A DNA stretch of 64,000 nt from Bacteroidetes bacterium CG12_big_fil_rev_8_21_14_0_65_60_17 (GTDB taxonomy: Bacteria > Bacteroidota > Rhodothermia > Rhodothermales > UBA10348), in contig PCUY01000072.1 of the NCBI GenBank assembly GCA_002787815.1, positions 30,973-94,972 on the forward strand, given 5' to 3'. The notes under the pieces are model-generated. The model worked only from the letters and a program-made list of their open reading frames with translations, had not been told where the DNA came from and made no database searches. Positions 29,590-38,528 of this stretch are shown here, one piece after another. The position numbers were made by a program, and so were the translations under genes. Numbering within the stretch: the first letter of the stretch is position 1; each line of letters opens with the position of its first letter.

Positions 29590-29747
29590 GATGCTTGGTT
29601 GCGGGAAAATCAGTGGGTGAGGGGCGCAAAAACCCTATCTTCCGAAGATACGAAAAACACGTGCCCGATTCAACAGTGTCGTGCACATAAATGAGTCTGT
29701 AACACGTTGTTGTACAACATATTGCAAGTGGACACCCAACCCCAGGC

Positions 29748-30647
29748 ATGTTTCCTCTCCGGCCCGTTTTACCTGACCATTTCCTGATCCTTGTCAGCGT
29801 CCTCTTCCCGCTCGTGTTCGGGGCATGCCGTCCGGCTCCGGACATCGACCTGCAGGGTCACCGTGGCGCTCGAGGCCTGCTGCCCGAAAACACTGTGGAC
29901 GGCTTCCTGCACGCACTCGATCTCGGGGTGCGCACGCTTGAGATGGACGTGGTGATTTCGGGAGATGCGCAGGTGGTCGTGTCGCACGACCCGATAATGT
30001 CCCCGGTCATCTGCTCGCATCCCGATGGGCGGCCTATAACGGCGGCCGATACCGTCTGGATTTACCGGCTCGACTACCGGGAGGTCGCGTCGTACGATTG
30101 TGGTGGACGTGGCCATCCGGATTTCCCGGACCAACAGCCTCGAAAACTGCACAAGCCTCTTCTGAGTGAGGTCCTCAGGGAGGCGGAGGCGCATGCCCGC
30201 CGAAGCGGACGGGAGCTACCGAGGTACAATGTGGAAACAAAATCCAGGCCTGGAGGAGACCGTCTGGCGCATCCCCCGCCCGATGAGTTTTCTGCGCTCG
30301 TAGTGCGCGCACTGAGAGAGGCTGGTGTGGAAGAGAGGGCCACCATTCAATCGTTCGATCCGAGGACGCTCAATGCTGCGCATGCCCTGGACTGGCAGGG
30401 CGAAACGGCGCTCCTCGTCGCGCGCGATGAGCCCCGGTTCGAAGTGATCGTTGACAATATGGGGTTTACTCCGGACATCCTGAGCCCACACCACGAAATG
30501 GTCACTGAACGGTTTCTGACCCGTGCCCGTGAAGCAGGCATGAAAACGATTCCATGGACGGTCAATGATGTCGCGGAAATGCAACGACTTCTGTCTCTTG
30601 GCGTCGATGGCATCATCACGGATTACCCGAACAGATTTCCGCACTGA
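29748..30647 (+). CDS. glycerophosphodiester phosphodiesterase (lipoprotein)
   Basis: Lipobox LVFGAC, GHRGARGLLPENT (HR motif), and the C-terminal GVDGIITDYP. Confidence 0.85.
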   Translation: MFPLRPVLPDHFLILVSVLFPLVFGACRPAPDIDLQGHRGARGLLPENTVDGFLHALDLGVRTLEMDVVISGDAQVVVSHDPIMSPVICSHPDGRPITAADTVWIYRLDYREVASYDCGGRGHPDFPDQQPRKLHKPLLSEVLREAEAHARRSGRELPRYNVETKSRPGGDRLAHPPPDEFSALVVRALREAGVEERATIQSFDPRTLNAAHALDWQGETALLVARDEPRFEVIVDNMGFTPDILSPHHEMVTERFLTRAREAGMKTIPWTVNDVAEMQRLLSLGVDGIITDYPNRFPH

Positions 30648-30677
30648 TCATGGTCGGTCGCGGTACGTGCGTCCCAC

Positions 30678-32930
30678 ATGGTCCCCATCGTACACTCACA
30701 TTGGGCCGCGATCGTCGTCGTGCTGGCGACGCTCGTCCCTGGCCCCCCCGACGCATCCATAAGTGGTTTTGTCCGTGACGCGGAATCGGGCGAGACGCTG
30801 CTGTTGGCCAATGTATTCCTGCCTGGACTGAGCATGGGGACGGCCACCAATACGCGTGGGTTCTATACACTCACGGGGCTGCCGCCGGGGCGGCATGAAG
30901 TGCGCGTATCGTATCTGGGTTTTCAGACCCGGCGCCTGGAGGTGGAACTGCAGTCGGGGGAGTCGCTACGGCTCGACGTGGAACTGATGCCCGATGGCGT
31001 CATGGCGGCGGAGGTAGTCGTGGAGGCGGCGAGGGAAAGTGAACAGGAGGAGCGCCGGCTTGGAAGCACCCGCATGAATACGGCCATGATCAGGCAACTT
31101 CCCACTATCCTGGAAGCCGATGTATTCCGCTCGCTGCAACTGCTGCCGGGGGTGAAGGCGGCGAGCGACTACTCGAGTGGGCTCTATGTGCGTGGCGGTT
31201 CGCCCGATCAGACGCTTATTCTGCTCGATCGTACTACGGTATACAACCCTACCCATTTCTTCGGCTTCTTCTCGACGTTCAATCCCGATGCAATCAAGGA
31301 CGTTCGGCTCTACAAGGGAGCCTATCCGGCGCGCTTCGGTGGGCGGATCGGGTCGGTTGTAGACATCTACAACAAGGACGGGGATCGCAACCGGACGCAT
31401 GGCATGGCCACGCTCGGGCTGCTGGCCTCCCGTGCCATGATTGAAGGCCCACACGGACGGGGATCATGGATGGTAGCCGTGCGCCGTTCGACGCTTGAAC
31501 CGCTTCTGGCCGCCGCACGCCGCGGTGATGTGGATGGCATTCCGGACCGTTTCTATTTTGTGGATGCGAACGGAAAGCTGAATGTGGACGTGGGGTCGAA
31601 TGATTTTCTGTCCGTCTCTTTCTACGCTGGACAGGATGTGCTTCGGCTTCCCATTTCAACCGACTTCGATGTTCGGCTCCGGTATGGAAACAGAACGGTC
31701 AGCATGAGTTGGGCTCACGTGTTCTCGGAACGACTGTTCGGAGATGCGACGGCTACCGCATCTTCCTATTTCTCGGTGCCGGAATTCCTTGCGGCCGATA
31801 CGTTTTCAGAGCGGGACAACCAGGTCCGCGACTATTCCCTTCGGTATGACCTCCAATACGTCGTATCGTCGCGGCGCGAAATCGACGCGGGCGTCTGGGC
31901 CGGCCGGTTCTCCTTCCGACTGGCCGATACGTTCGACAACCGCCGTGTATTGACGCTGTCGGAAAATTCGACCTACGGATCGGCCTACGTGGAGGAGCGC
32001 CGCAGCCTGGGACTTTTCTGGACACTCACGACGGGACTTCACGGGAGCTGGTTTGGACGCGGGGATTACGTGCGCCTTGAACCGCGGCTGTCTCTGGAGC
32101 GGCAGGTTGCACCGGATCTGTTCGCACAGGTCGGGGCCGGGCGGTACCACCAGTTTCTGACCCTCGTTACGAATGAAGCCTTCAGTGGACTGGACGTCTG
32201 GCTCACATCCTCCAGTGGTGTGCCGCCGGCCTGGGGGGACCAGGTCGTTGCCGGCATCAAATGGACGCCGCCGTCCGCATATCGGCTGGAGGCGGAGGTA
32301 TACTACCGCTCGATGGAAGATCTTTTTCAGCTCGACCCCTTCCTGCCGGACGTAGCCGGTCTCGAGTATTCCGAGTTCTTTCATTTCGGGGATGGATACG
32401 CCTTGGGCAGCGAGTATATGCTTCAGAAAGAGCGGGGTCGGCTGACCGGCTTCGGGTCATACACGTTCGGGGTTACCCGGAGGCGCTTCGAGAACCTGAA
32501 CGGCAACCGGTTCTTCCCGCCGAAATATGACAGGACGCACGACGTGAACGTGACCGCCATGTATGACATAACGCGGTCATGGCGCCTGACGTCGGTCTTT
32601 GCATGGGCTACGGGTCAGGCCTATACCGAGCCCGCGTCCCGCTGGCAGCTGTCGAATTCCCCGCTTGCGAGCGAAGGCCTGGATGTACTGGAGAGCCCGT
32701 TCAACGCAGCGCGCCTGCCTGCCTATCATCGACTTGACGTGGGGGCCACGAGGCGCGGCCACATGGCCGGCGCCGCATTTGAATTGCAGGTCCAGCTTAT
32801 CAACGTGTATGGTCGCCGCAACATCTGGTTTTATTCGTTCGACTTCGAGGATGATGGCAATGTAGACCGGTCTATCGTGCCGCAGATTCCGATACCGGTC
32901 CCCAATATTTCATTCACCATGCGCTTTTGA
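30678..32930 (+). CDS. TonB-dependent receptor with N-terminal carboxypeptidase-regulatory-like domain
   Basis: ISGFVRDAESGETLLLANVFL...TNTRGFYTLTGLPPGRHEVRVSYLGFQ (CarbopepD_reg-like), a plug domain, a long barrel, and the terminal F (SFTMRF). Confidence 0.85.
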   Translation: MVPIVHSHWAAIVVVLATLVPGPPDASISGFVRDAESGETLLLANVFLPGLSMGTATNTRGFYTLTGLPPGRHEVRVSYLGFQTRRLEVELQSGESLRLDVELMPDGVMAAEVVVEAARESEQEERRLGSTRMNTAMIRQLPTILEADVFRSLQLLPGVKAASDYSSGLYVRGGSPDQTLILLDRTTVYNPTHFFGFFSTFNPDAIKDVRLYKGAYPARFGGRIGSVVDIYNKDGDRNRTHGMATLGLLASRAMIEGPHGRGSWMVAVRRSTLEPLLAAARRGDVDGIPDRFYFVDANGKLNVDVGSNDFLSVSFYAGQDVLRLPISTDFDVRLRYGNRTVSMSWAHVFSERLFGDATATASSYFSVPEFLAADTFSERDNQVRDYSLRYDLQYVVSSRREIDAGVWAGRFSFRLADTFDNRRVLTLSENSTYGSAYVEERRSLGLFWTLTTGLHGSWFGRGDYVRLEPRLSLERQVAPDLFAQVGAGRYHQFLTLVTNEAFSGLDVWLTSSSGVPPAWGDQVVAGIKWTPPSAYRLEAEVYYRSMEDLFQLDPFLPDVAGLEYSEFFHFGDGYALGSEYMLQKERGRLTGFGSYTFGVTRRRFENLNGNRFFPPKYDRTHDVNVTAMYDITRSWRLTSVFAWATGQAYTEPASRWQLSNSPLASEGLDVLESPFNAARLPAYHRLDVGATRRGHMAGAAFELQVQLINVYGRRNIWFYSFDFEDDGNVDRSIVPQIPIPVPNISFTMRF

Positions 32931-32932
32931 CG

Positions 32933-33964
32933 ATGCTTCAGCAATGGTTCATTACATGCTGCCGCCTTCCGGTGCTTTCCCTCTGTGGCATGCTGGCCGC
33001 GTCCGTATTACTTGTGGGCTGCGATACCACCACGGAAAGCATCCATGACGCGGAAATCGTCGTGGAGTCGTGGCTCATAGCCAATGAGCCCCTACCGGAA
33101 GTGTATCTGACCGAAAGCGTACCGGTCAATGAGGCGCTCCCGGGCGGTGGGCCGGACGTATCGGGAGCCGATGTGCGGGTCGTTCGCGTGTCGGAAGGGG
33201 GTACTTCCGGTGATGCGACGGGCGGTGATATTCTGGTATACGAACCGGTGCCGGGGCGCGCCGGGGCCTACAGAGCGCTTACGCACCACACGGTTCAACC
33301 CGGCGCCACCTACCGTCTCGACGTGGATGTCCCCGGGCGGGCGCCTGTCTCGGCGGAGACGACCGTTCCGGGTGACTATGATCTGCTCGAGGCCGGGCCT
33401 CTTGACCTTGTCTACCGGGCTGAAGAACAGGTCACTTTCCGCGTTACGGAGAGCTTCGTGCCCGGCCGGAGGGCGGTCTATGTGTTCTCCATCGAAGGCC
33501 TGGATCCACGGCCATCGAATCTGACACCGCTTTACCTGGACTTGATTTACGACCTGGATGAAGGAGACCAGTTCCGGGACGAGGACCTTGACGTCTCAGA
33601 ATTGGATGAGGTGCGCATCAACAGTTCACCGCCCATCAACGAGGGTAGTTATGAGCGCCTCCCGGACGGTACGCTGCAGGTCGACCTTCCGTGGTTCGCC
33701 GTGGCTTTCTACGGGCCGACACGCATTCGCATGTCGGCCCTTGACGACAACGTATTCGATTTCATCCGGTTCAGGGATGCCCAGGCCGGTGGAACAACAC
33801 TGTCACCAGGGGAAATACCGAACGTGAAAAACCACGTTGTAAACGGGAGGGGACTCTTTGGCAGCATGACCCGGGTGGAGGTCGTCGTGAATATCAGGCG
33901 GGTCCCCAGCCTCGGCCAATCCACGAGCAGATCGCTTCCAACTCGGACTGATCCGTACCGTTGA
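32933..33964 (+). CDS. DUF4249-like lipoprotein partner of the TonB-dependent receptor
   Basis: Lipobox LLVGCDT. Its position immediately after and overlapping the receptor gene is typical of DUF4249. ATG at 32933 (the ORF-track start at 32927 is TTG). Confidence 0.6.
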   Translation: MLQQWFITCCRLPVLSLCGMLAASVLLVGCDTTTESIHDAEIVVESWLIANEPLPEVYLTESVPVNEALPGGGPDVSGADVRVVRVSEGGTSGDATGGDILVYEPVPGRAGAYRALTHHTVQPGATYRLDVDVPGRAPVSAETTVPGDYDLLEAGPLDLVYRAEEQVTFRVTESFVPGRRAVYVFSIEGLDPRPSNLTPLYLDLIYDLDEGDQFRDEDLDVSELDEVRINSSPPINEGSYERLPDGTLQVDLPWFAVAFYGPTRIRMSALDDNVFDFIRFRDAQAGGTTLSPGEIPNVKNHVVNGRGLFGSMTRVEVVVNIRRVPSLGQSTSRSLPTRTDPYR

Positions 33965-34394
33965 ATGCTGCCGGTCTGTCCGAGTCGACGTCCAGGACAG
34001 CCACGAGTTTGCCATTCCGGTTCATGACGGGAACCACGATTTCCGACATGGTGGTTGCAGAACAGGCGATATGCCCCGGAAACGAATTCACGTCATCGAG
34101 CCTCATGGTTTCTTTCTGCCGGGCAGCCGTGCCACAGACACCGCGACCAATCGCGATGTCAATGCACCCGTGTCCACCCTGGTACGGTCCTACCTGGAGG
34201 CGCTTGCTGTCCATGACCCGGTAGAACCCCGTCCAGTGGAAGTCGTCGAATGCCGCGTGAAGTTCACATGCTACCGTCGCCATGACAGCAATCCAGTCCG
34301 TATCGGGCTGGAGAAGTGCGTCGAGGCGCTGGCGCACGGTTCTGTACGATGACTTGCGGTTGGCCATGGTCAGGGTCCGGGATTCATGCGGCAT
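33894..34394 (-). CDS. GAF-domain protein (free methionine-(R)-sulfoxide reductase-like)
   Basis: WTGFYRV...LQVGPYQGGHGCIDIAIGRGVCGTAA and SEIVVPV...VLDVDS resemble the YebR/MsrC family. Confidence 0.78.
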   Translation of the reverse strand: MPHESRTLTMANRKSSYRTVRQRLDALLQPDTDWIAVMATVACELHAAFDDFHWTGFYRVMDSKRLQVGPYQGGHGCIDIAIGRGVCGTAARQKETMRLDDVNSFPGHIACSATTMSEIVVPVMNRNGKLVAVLDVDSDRPAAFNGTDQSELEAICSWIGRGWGPA

Positions 34395-34493
34395 CTACCC
34401 GCGACGACACAGGCTTGATCCCGCGCAAATTTTCAAATTGATCTCGTACTCTTCCTGTGTACAGAACGTTACGCTTTCAATCGTTTCACACTC

Positions 34494-34835
34494 ATGCAGT
34501 CCATTCTTGTCTCAGCGCCCGACACTGTCCGGGACATCCGCCAGGTTCTTGAAAAAAGGTTTCCGTCGACCATTTTTGCCGTGCGTCTCGAGGATCCGGC
34601 ATGGGATTCCGGTGAGCTGCGCGGCGTCGATGTCGTATGGTCGACGGGGCCCAGTCGCGAAGAGGTGGAGGACGTACTCGATACATTCCAGGGTGTACGC
34701 TGGGATCCCCGCTCGGGCGCACTGGACAGCCGCTCACATTTCATGGTGGCTGCAGATGGCGAGCTCGTTGAAGTGTACTACAACATTGATTACATATTCT
34801 GCAACGGCCCCTCCACGTCTGTCATGGAGATCTGA
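34494..34835 (+). CDS. hypothetical small acidic protein
   Basis: This 113-aa ORF has more protein-like composition than the overlapping 211-aa ORF. No family recognised. Its 3' end overlaps the convergent S8 peptidase gene by 46 bp. Confidence 0.4.
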   Translation: MQSILVSAPDTVRDIRQVLEKRFPSTIFAVRLEDPAWDSGELRGVDVVWSTGPSREEVEDVLDTFQGVRWDPRSGALDSRSHFMVAADGELVEVYYNIDYIFCNGPSTSVMEI

Positions 34836-36301
34836 TACTGTTGCAGGGCCGCTCCACTGTTCAGGAGGGGTCCAATCTCATGAGCTGCCGGAATATCGGT
34901 CGCCGTGTCCCGGATGAGGGCCCACAGGTCCCGGGTCGTGAGCGACGGATTGAGCGCACGCAACAGTCCCAATAGTCCACTCACGGCTGGCGTAGCCATG
35001 GATGTACCACTCATGGAGACGTAGCCGCCACCCGTTCGCACAGACAGGATATTCGAGCCGGGTGCAGCAATACGGCGCTCGAGAGTCCTTGTAGTGTTGG
35101 AAAAGGAAGCCCGGTCCAGGTTTCGGTCCACGGCGCCAACGACAATCACGCCATCTACGTTGGCCGGGAATTGCCGGTCGGCATCTGTGCCGTTATTACC
35201 CGCGGACACGACGACGGGGATATCCCGTGAGAGAGCAAATGCAATGGCATCGCGGATGACCTTGGGTGTCGGACCTCCCGTGTCCGCACCCAGACTCATG
35301 GAAATCACATCGACGTTGTCTGTCGTAGCATCGACAATGGCCTGGGCAATGCCTTCAAGCGTGCCGGTCCCATTGGCAGACAGTGCCTGGTAGGCGGCAA
35401 TTCGAATGAATGCTCCTTCCCAGTTCATCGAGGCGACGCCGAGCCGGTTGTTTGTAACTGCCGCGGCTGTTCCAGCCACGTGCGTACCATGGCCATTGGA
35501 ATCGATCCGAATGCTACCGTGAGTCACCACGTCCGCCAGATCTTCGTGCGTTGCATCGACGCCCGTATCCAGAATGGCCACCGTCGCCGGCCGCACCGGC
35601 TGAAGTGACTGAAGCAGAGCGTGGACGCTGTGGGCACCGGTTGCCTCCAGTTCCCATTGGGAGGGGGCGAGCGGATCATTTTCCAACAACCGGGTCTCAA
35701 GCACGGACATGTCCGCAGGAGATCCCGTGGCCTGGTCAATGAACTGCAGGCGAAGGTTGGGTTCGAGGTGATCCACGTTTTCGGTATCGAGCCGCAATTC
35801 GCTTACGGCGGAGGACATGTCAGCGGGCGATCCATGCAGCAGGTATACCTGTGCAAGATCCGGTTGGTCTTCCCGCGACAGTGTCGGGAATGCACGTTCA
35901 TGGGACAGGTCGAATGCCACAAGAACAGGCTCGATTTCACTGATGTCGTCATCCGGTCCGAGTTCGACGAGCCATGTCACATGGTCTGACGTGGAAAGCC
36001 AAGCTCTTCCGAGACCCATGAGGACAGCTACCGTAAGCAGGACCGTCCCCATGGCCAGCCAGGGACGCGCCTTGGACGATTGCCGGAGCCGGTGGAATCG
36101 ACCGGCCAGTACAAGGCTACCGACGCCCAGCCCGGTGGCGGCGCTTGTCAGATAAGTGGAAAGTGACGACGCACCGATGGCACCCCACAGGAGGGCAGCA
36201 CCTACGCCAGCAAGGCCCGCGAGGCTGAACAGGGCGGCGCGCCGGGTGGTCCCCGCACCAAGAGCGAGGAGCAGGAAGGATGCAACAAGCAGCAGGATCA
36301 T
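34790..36301 (-). CDS. membrane-anchored S8 (subtilisin-family) serine peptidase
   Basis: Catalytic D/H/S motifs VAILDTGVD, HGTHVAGTAA and SGTSMATPAVSG. About four N-terminal TM helices precede a propeptide-like segment. Confidence 0.85.
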   Translation of the reverse strand: MILLLVASFLLLALGAGTTRRAALFSLAGLAGVGAALLWGAIGASSLSTYLTSAATGLGVGSLVLAGRFHRLRQSSKARPWLAMGTVLLTVAVLMGLGRAWLSTSDHVTWLVELGPDDDISEIEPVLVAFDLSHERAFPTLSREDQPDLAQVYLLHGSPADMSSAVSELRLDTENVDHLEPNLRLQFIDQATGSPADMSVLETRLLENDPLAPSQWELEATGAHSVHALLQSLQPVRPATVAILDTGVDATHEDLADVVTHGSIRIDSNGHGTHVAGTAAAVTNNRLGVASMNWEGAFIRIAAYQALSANGTGTLEGIAQAIVDATTDNVDVISMSLGADTGGPTPKVIRDAIAFALSRDIPVVVSAGNNGTDADRQFPANVDGVIVVGAVDRNLDRASFSNTTRTLERRIAAPGSNILSVRTGGGYVSMSGTSMATPAVSGLLGLLRALNPSLTTRDLWALIRDTATDIPAAHEIGPLLNSGAALQQYQISMTDVEGPLQNM

Positions 36302-36525
36302 GATGCACGAACGGGTTCAATGGACAGGACGTGGACATATATGCCCCACATGGCTGTACCGAGGACGTGGGCAGGTTCAATGGTGGCGAGCACCGGCATA
36401 CCGTCCTTTTTCATGCTGTCAGGGAGACCGTCGAGCAGGACGTACCGGTTACCCTGAGCATCCGTAAGACCCCAGAACCCACCCTCCAGGTCCTGGTAGG
36501 AAAGAGTGCCCTCCAGTTTTTTCAT
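36298..36525 (-). CDS. small hypothetical protein translationally coupled to the S8 peptidase
   Basis: 75 aa (MKKLEGTLSYQDLEGGFWGLTDAQGNRYVLL...). Its stop overlaps the peptidase ATG by 4 bp. Beta-rich, no signal peptide. Confidence 0.55.
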   Translation of the reverse strand: MKKLEGTLSYQDLEGGFWGLTDAQGNRYVLLDGLPDSMKKDGMPVLATIEPAHVLGTAMWGIYVHVLSIEPVRAS

Positions 36526-36626
36526 CTGCGATTCCTGTCGATGTCAGATAACGTACCTTGATCGTCGCTACGGGAGGAGGCGCTGGTGGTTTCAGGCCAC
36601 GCCACAATGGAGGCACTGCTTCAGAA

Positions 36627-38528
36627 ATGAGTCGCATCTCAGATACACATATCGAAGAAGTCCGGACACTCACGGACATTGTTGACGTGGTGTCGGACTA
36701 TGTTCGACTCAAAAAAAGGGGCAACAATTTCATCGGGCTCTGTCCGTTCCATTCAGAGAAGACGCCATCCTTCAATGTGAACCCGGGAATGGGCATATTC
36801 AAATGTTTTGGATGTGGGGAGGGGGGCGATGTGTTCCATTTCCTGGAGCGGGTGGAGGGGCTGTCGTTTCCGGAGACGGTCCGTCTCCTGGCGGAGCAGG
36901 TTGGAGTTCAGTTGCCGGAAGAGGACGGTCTGGACGAAGATACGTCGGAACGTGAAGCGGGATACCATGCGCTCCGGTTCGCTGCCCGTTTTTATCACGA
37001 CAACCTGACGAAGAGCGACGACGGCAGCGTTGCCCGTGCGTACCTGAAAGAGCGCGGGTTCGATGCGCAGTCCATCAGGAAATTCGGGGTCGGTTATGCT
37101 CCGGATTCATGGGATGCGCTTCTCCGGGCGGCAGAGACGAAGAACATCGGACCCGACATACTGGCGTATGCGGGCCTGGTGGTTCCACGCAAGGAGCGGA
37201 ATGGATGGTACGACCGGTACAGGCACCGTCTCATGTTTCCCATTTTTTCGCACGTTGGAAAGGTGCTCGGATTCGGAGGCCGCATTCTTCGGGATGAGGA
37301 CACCCCGAAGTACATCAATTCGCCGGAGACTAAAATCTACTCCAAGAGCAGGGTGCTCTATGGACTCTACCACGGCAAAAACGCCATGCGCCATCGAGAA
37401 GAGGCGGTTCTGGTGGAAGGGTATACGGACGTCGTATCTCTCTATCAGGCAGGCGTCCAGCATGTGGTGGCATCCAGCGGTACGGCCTTGACCGGAGAAC
37501 AGGTGGCCCTTCTTGGCCGGTACGTCAAAACGGTTGTATTGCTCTACGATGCTGACGCAGCTGGAGACCGGGCCGCTCTTCGCGCCATTGACCTCATTCT
37601 TGCGGCCGGACTTGTTCCATACGCCGTTCAGCTACCCGACGGAGAAGACCCGGATTCGTTCGTGCGCTCCAGGGGAGGACCGGCATTCGATGCGTACCTG
37701 AGGGATCACCGACAGGATTTCGTTGCGTTCATGCTGGCCGAGGCCGGAAAGTCCGGCAAAATGGATACACCGGAAGGGCGGGCGGCGATACAGAGGGCCG
37801 TTCTCGAGACGCTGGCGAAAATCAACGATCCGCTCGTGCGGGAGTCCTACCTCCGAGTTGCGGCCGGGCGGATGGGATTGCCGGACATGCAGTTGAGGCC
37901 ACTGCTCGAGGGTATCATGAAAAAACGCAGGTCGAAAGATGCACACCCAGCTTCACCCGCGCGGAAGTCGACGGTCGAAACCCCGCAAAACGCCGGCACA
38001 GTAGCTCCGGACGAGGAGGCCCTTCCCGCCGTAGACCCTGCACCACCGGAAAAATTCCTCCACTTCCTGATGCTCGACGGGGGACTGCCCATCATCGAAT
38101 ACGTGATGGGGCATCTGGCGGTTGACGAATTCACGTCCGGACCCAGCCGGGAGCTTGCCGGAGAACTGGTCCGTCAATATGTGTCCGGCGCGTTTGACCG
38201 GGAACGCATTCTGGGCGGAGCGGCAGGCGAGGGGGTGCGCCGCTTGGCTGCGGAGGTCCTGACACATCTGTCCGAACCCAGCATGAACTGGGAGCGTAGG
38301 CAGGGCATCAGCGTCCCGAAGTTGTCAGATGGCCCATTGGAGGCGGCGGGCTCGGCTATGGTACTGTTGCGATTGAAGCATGTAAACCGGAAACTCGATC
38401 GCCTTCAGAAAGAACTGTACCGGGCCCAGCAGACGGGTGCAGAAATGAGTCATCTCCTGAAAGAACAGGCCGAACTCCTGGCCTGGCGCCGTGCCATTGA
38501 AAACCGGGAATTCCTGAGTACAACCTGA
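36627..38528 (+). CDS. dnaG: DNA primase
   Basis: Zinc ribbon CPFHSEKTPSFNVNPGMGIFKCFGCGEGG and TOPRIM VLVEGYTDV...LLYDADAAG. Start at ATG 36627 (MSRISDTHIEEV). Confidence 0.92.
   Translation: MSRISDTHIEEVRTLTDIVDVVSDYVRLKKRGNNFIGLCPFHSEKTPSFNVNPGMGIFKCFGCGEGGDVFHFLERVEGLSFPETVRLLAEQVGVQLPEEDGLDEDTSEREAGYHALRFAARFYHDNLTKSDDGSVARAYLKERGFDAQSIRKFGVGYAPDSWDALLRAAETKNIGPDILAYAGLVVPRKERNGWYDRYRHRLMFPIFSHVGKVLGFGGRILRDEDTPKYINSPETKIYSKSRVLYGLYHGKNAMRHREEAVLVEGYTDVVSLYQAGVQHVVASSGTALTGEQVALLGRYVKTVVLLYDADAAGDRAALRAIDLILAAGLVPYAVQLPDGEDPDSFVRSRGGPAFDAYLRDHRQDFVAFMLAEAGKSGKMDTPEGRAAIQRAVLETLAKINDPLVRESYLRVAAGRMGLPDMQLRPLLEGIMKKRRSKDAHPASPARKSTVETPQNAGTVAPDEEALPAVDPAPPEKFLHFLMLDGGLPIIEYVMGHLAVDEFTSGPSRELAGELVRQYVSGAFDRERILGGAAGEGVRRLAAEVLTHLSEPSMNWERRQGISVPKLSDGPLEAAGSAMVLLRLKHVNRKLDRLQKELYRAQQTGAEMSHLLKEQAELLAWRRAIENREFLSTT

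Noticed and set aside
34282-34917. 211-aa plus-strand ORF between the GAF and S8 genes
   Set aside because: Its composition is unnatural (Ser/Arg/Cys-rich), it begins antisense to the GAF gene, and it overlaps the more protein-like 113-aa ORF in another frame.
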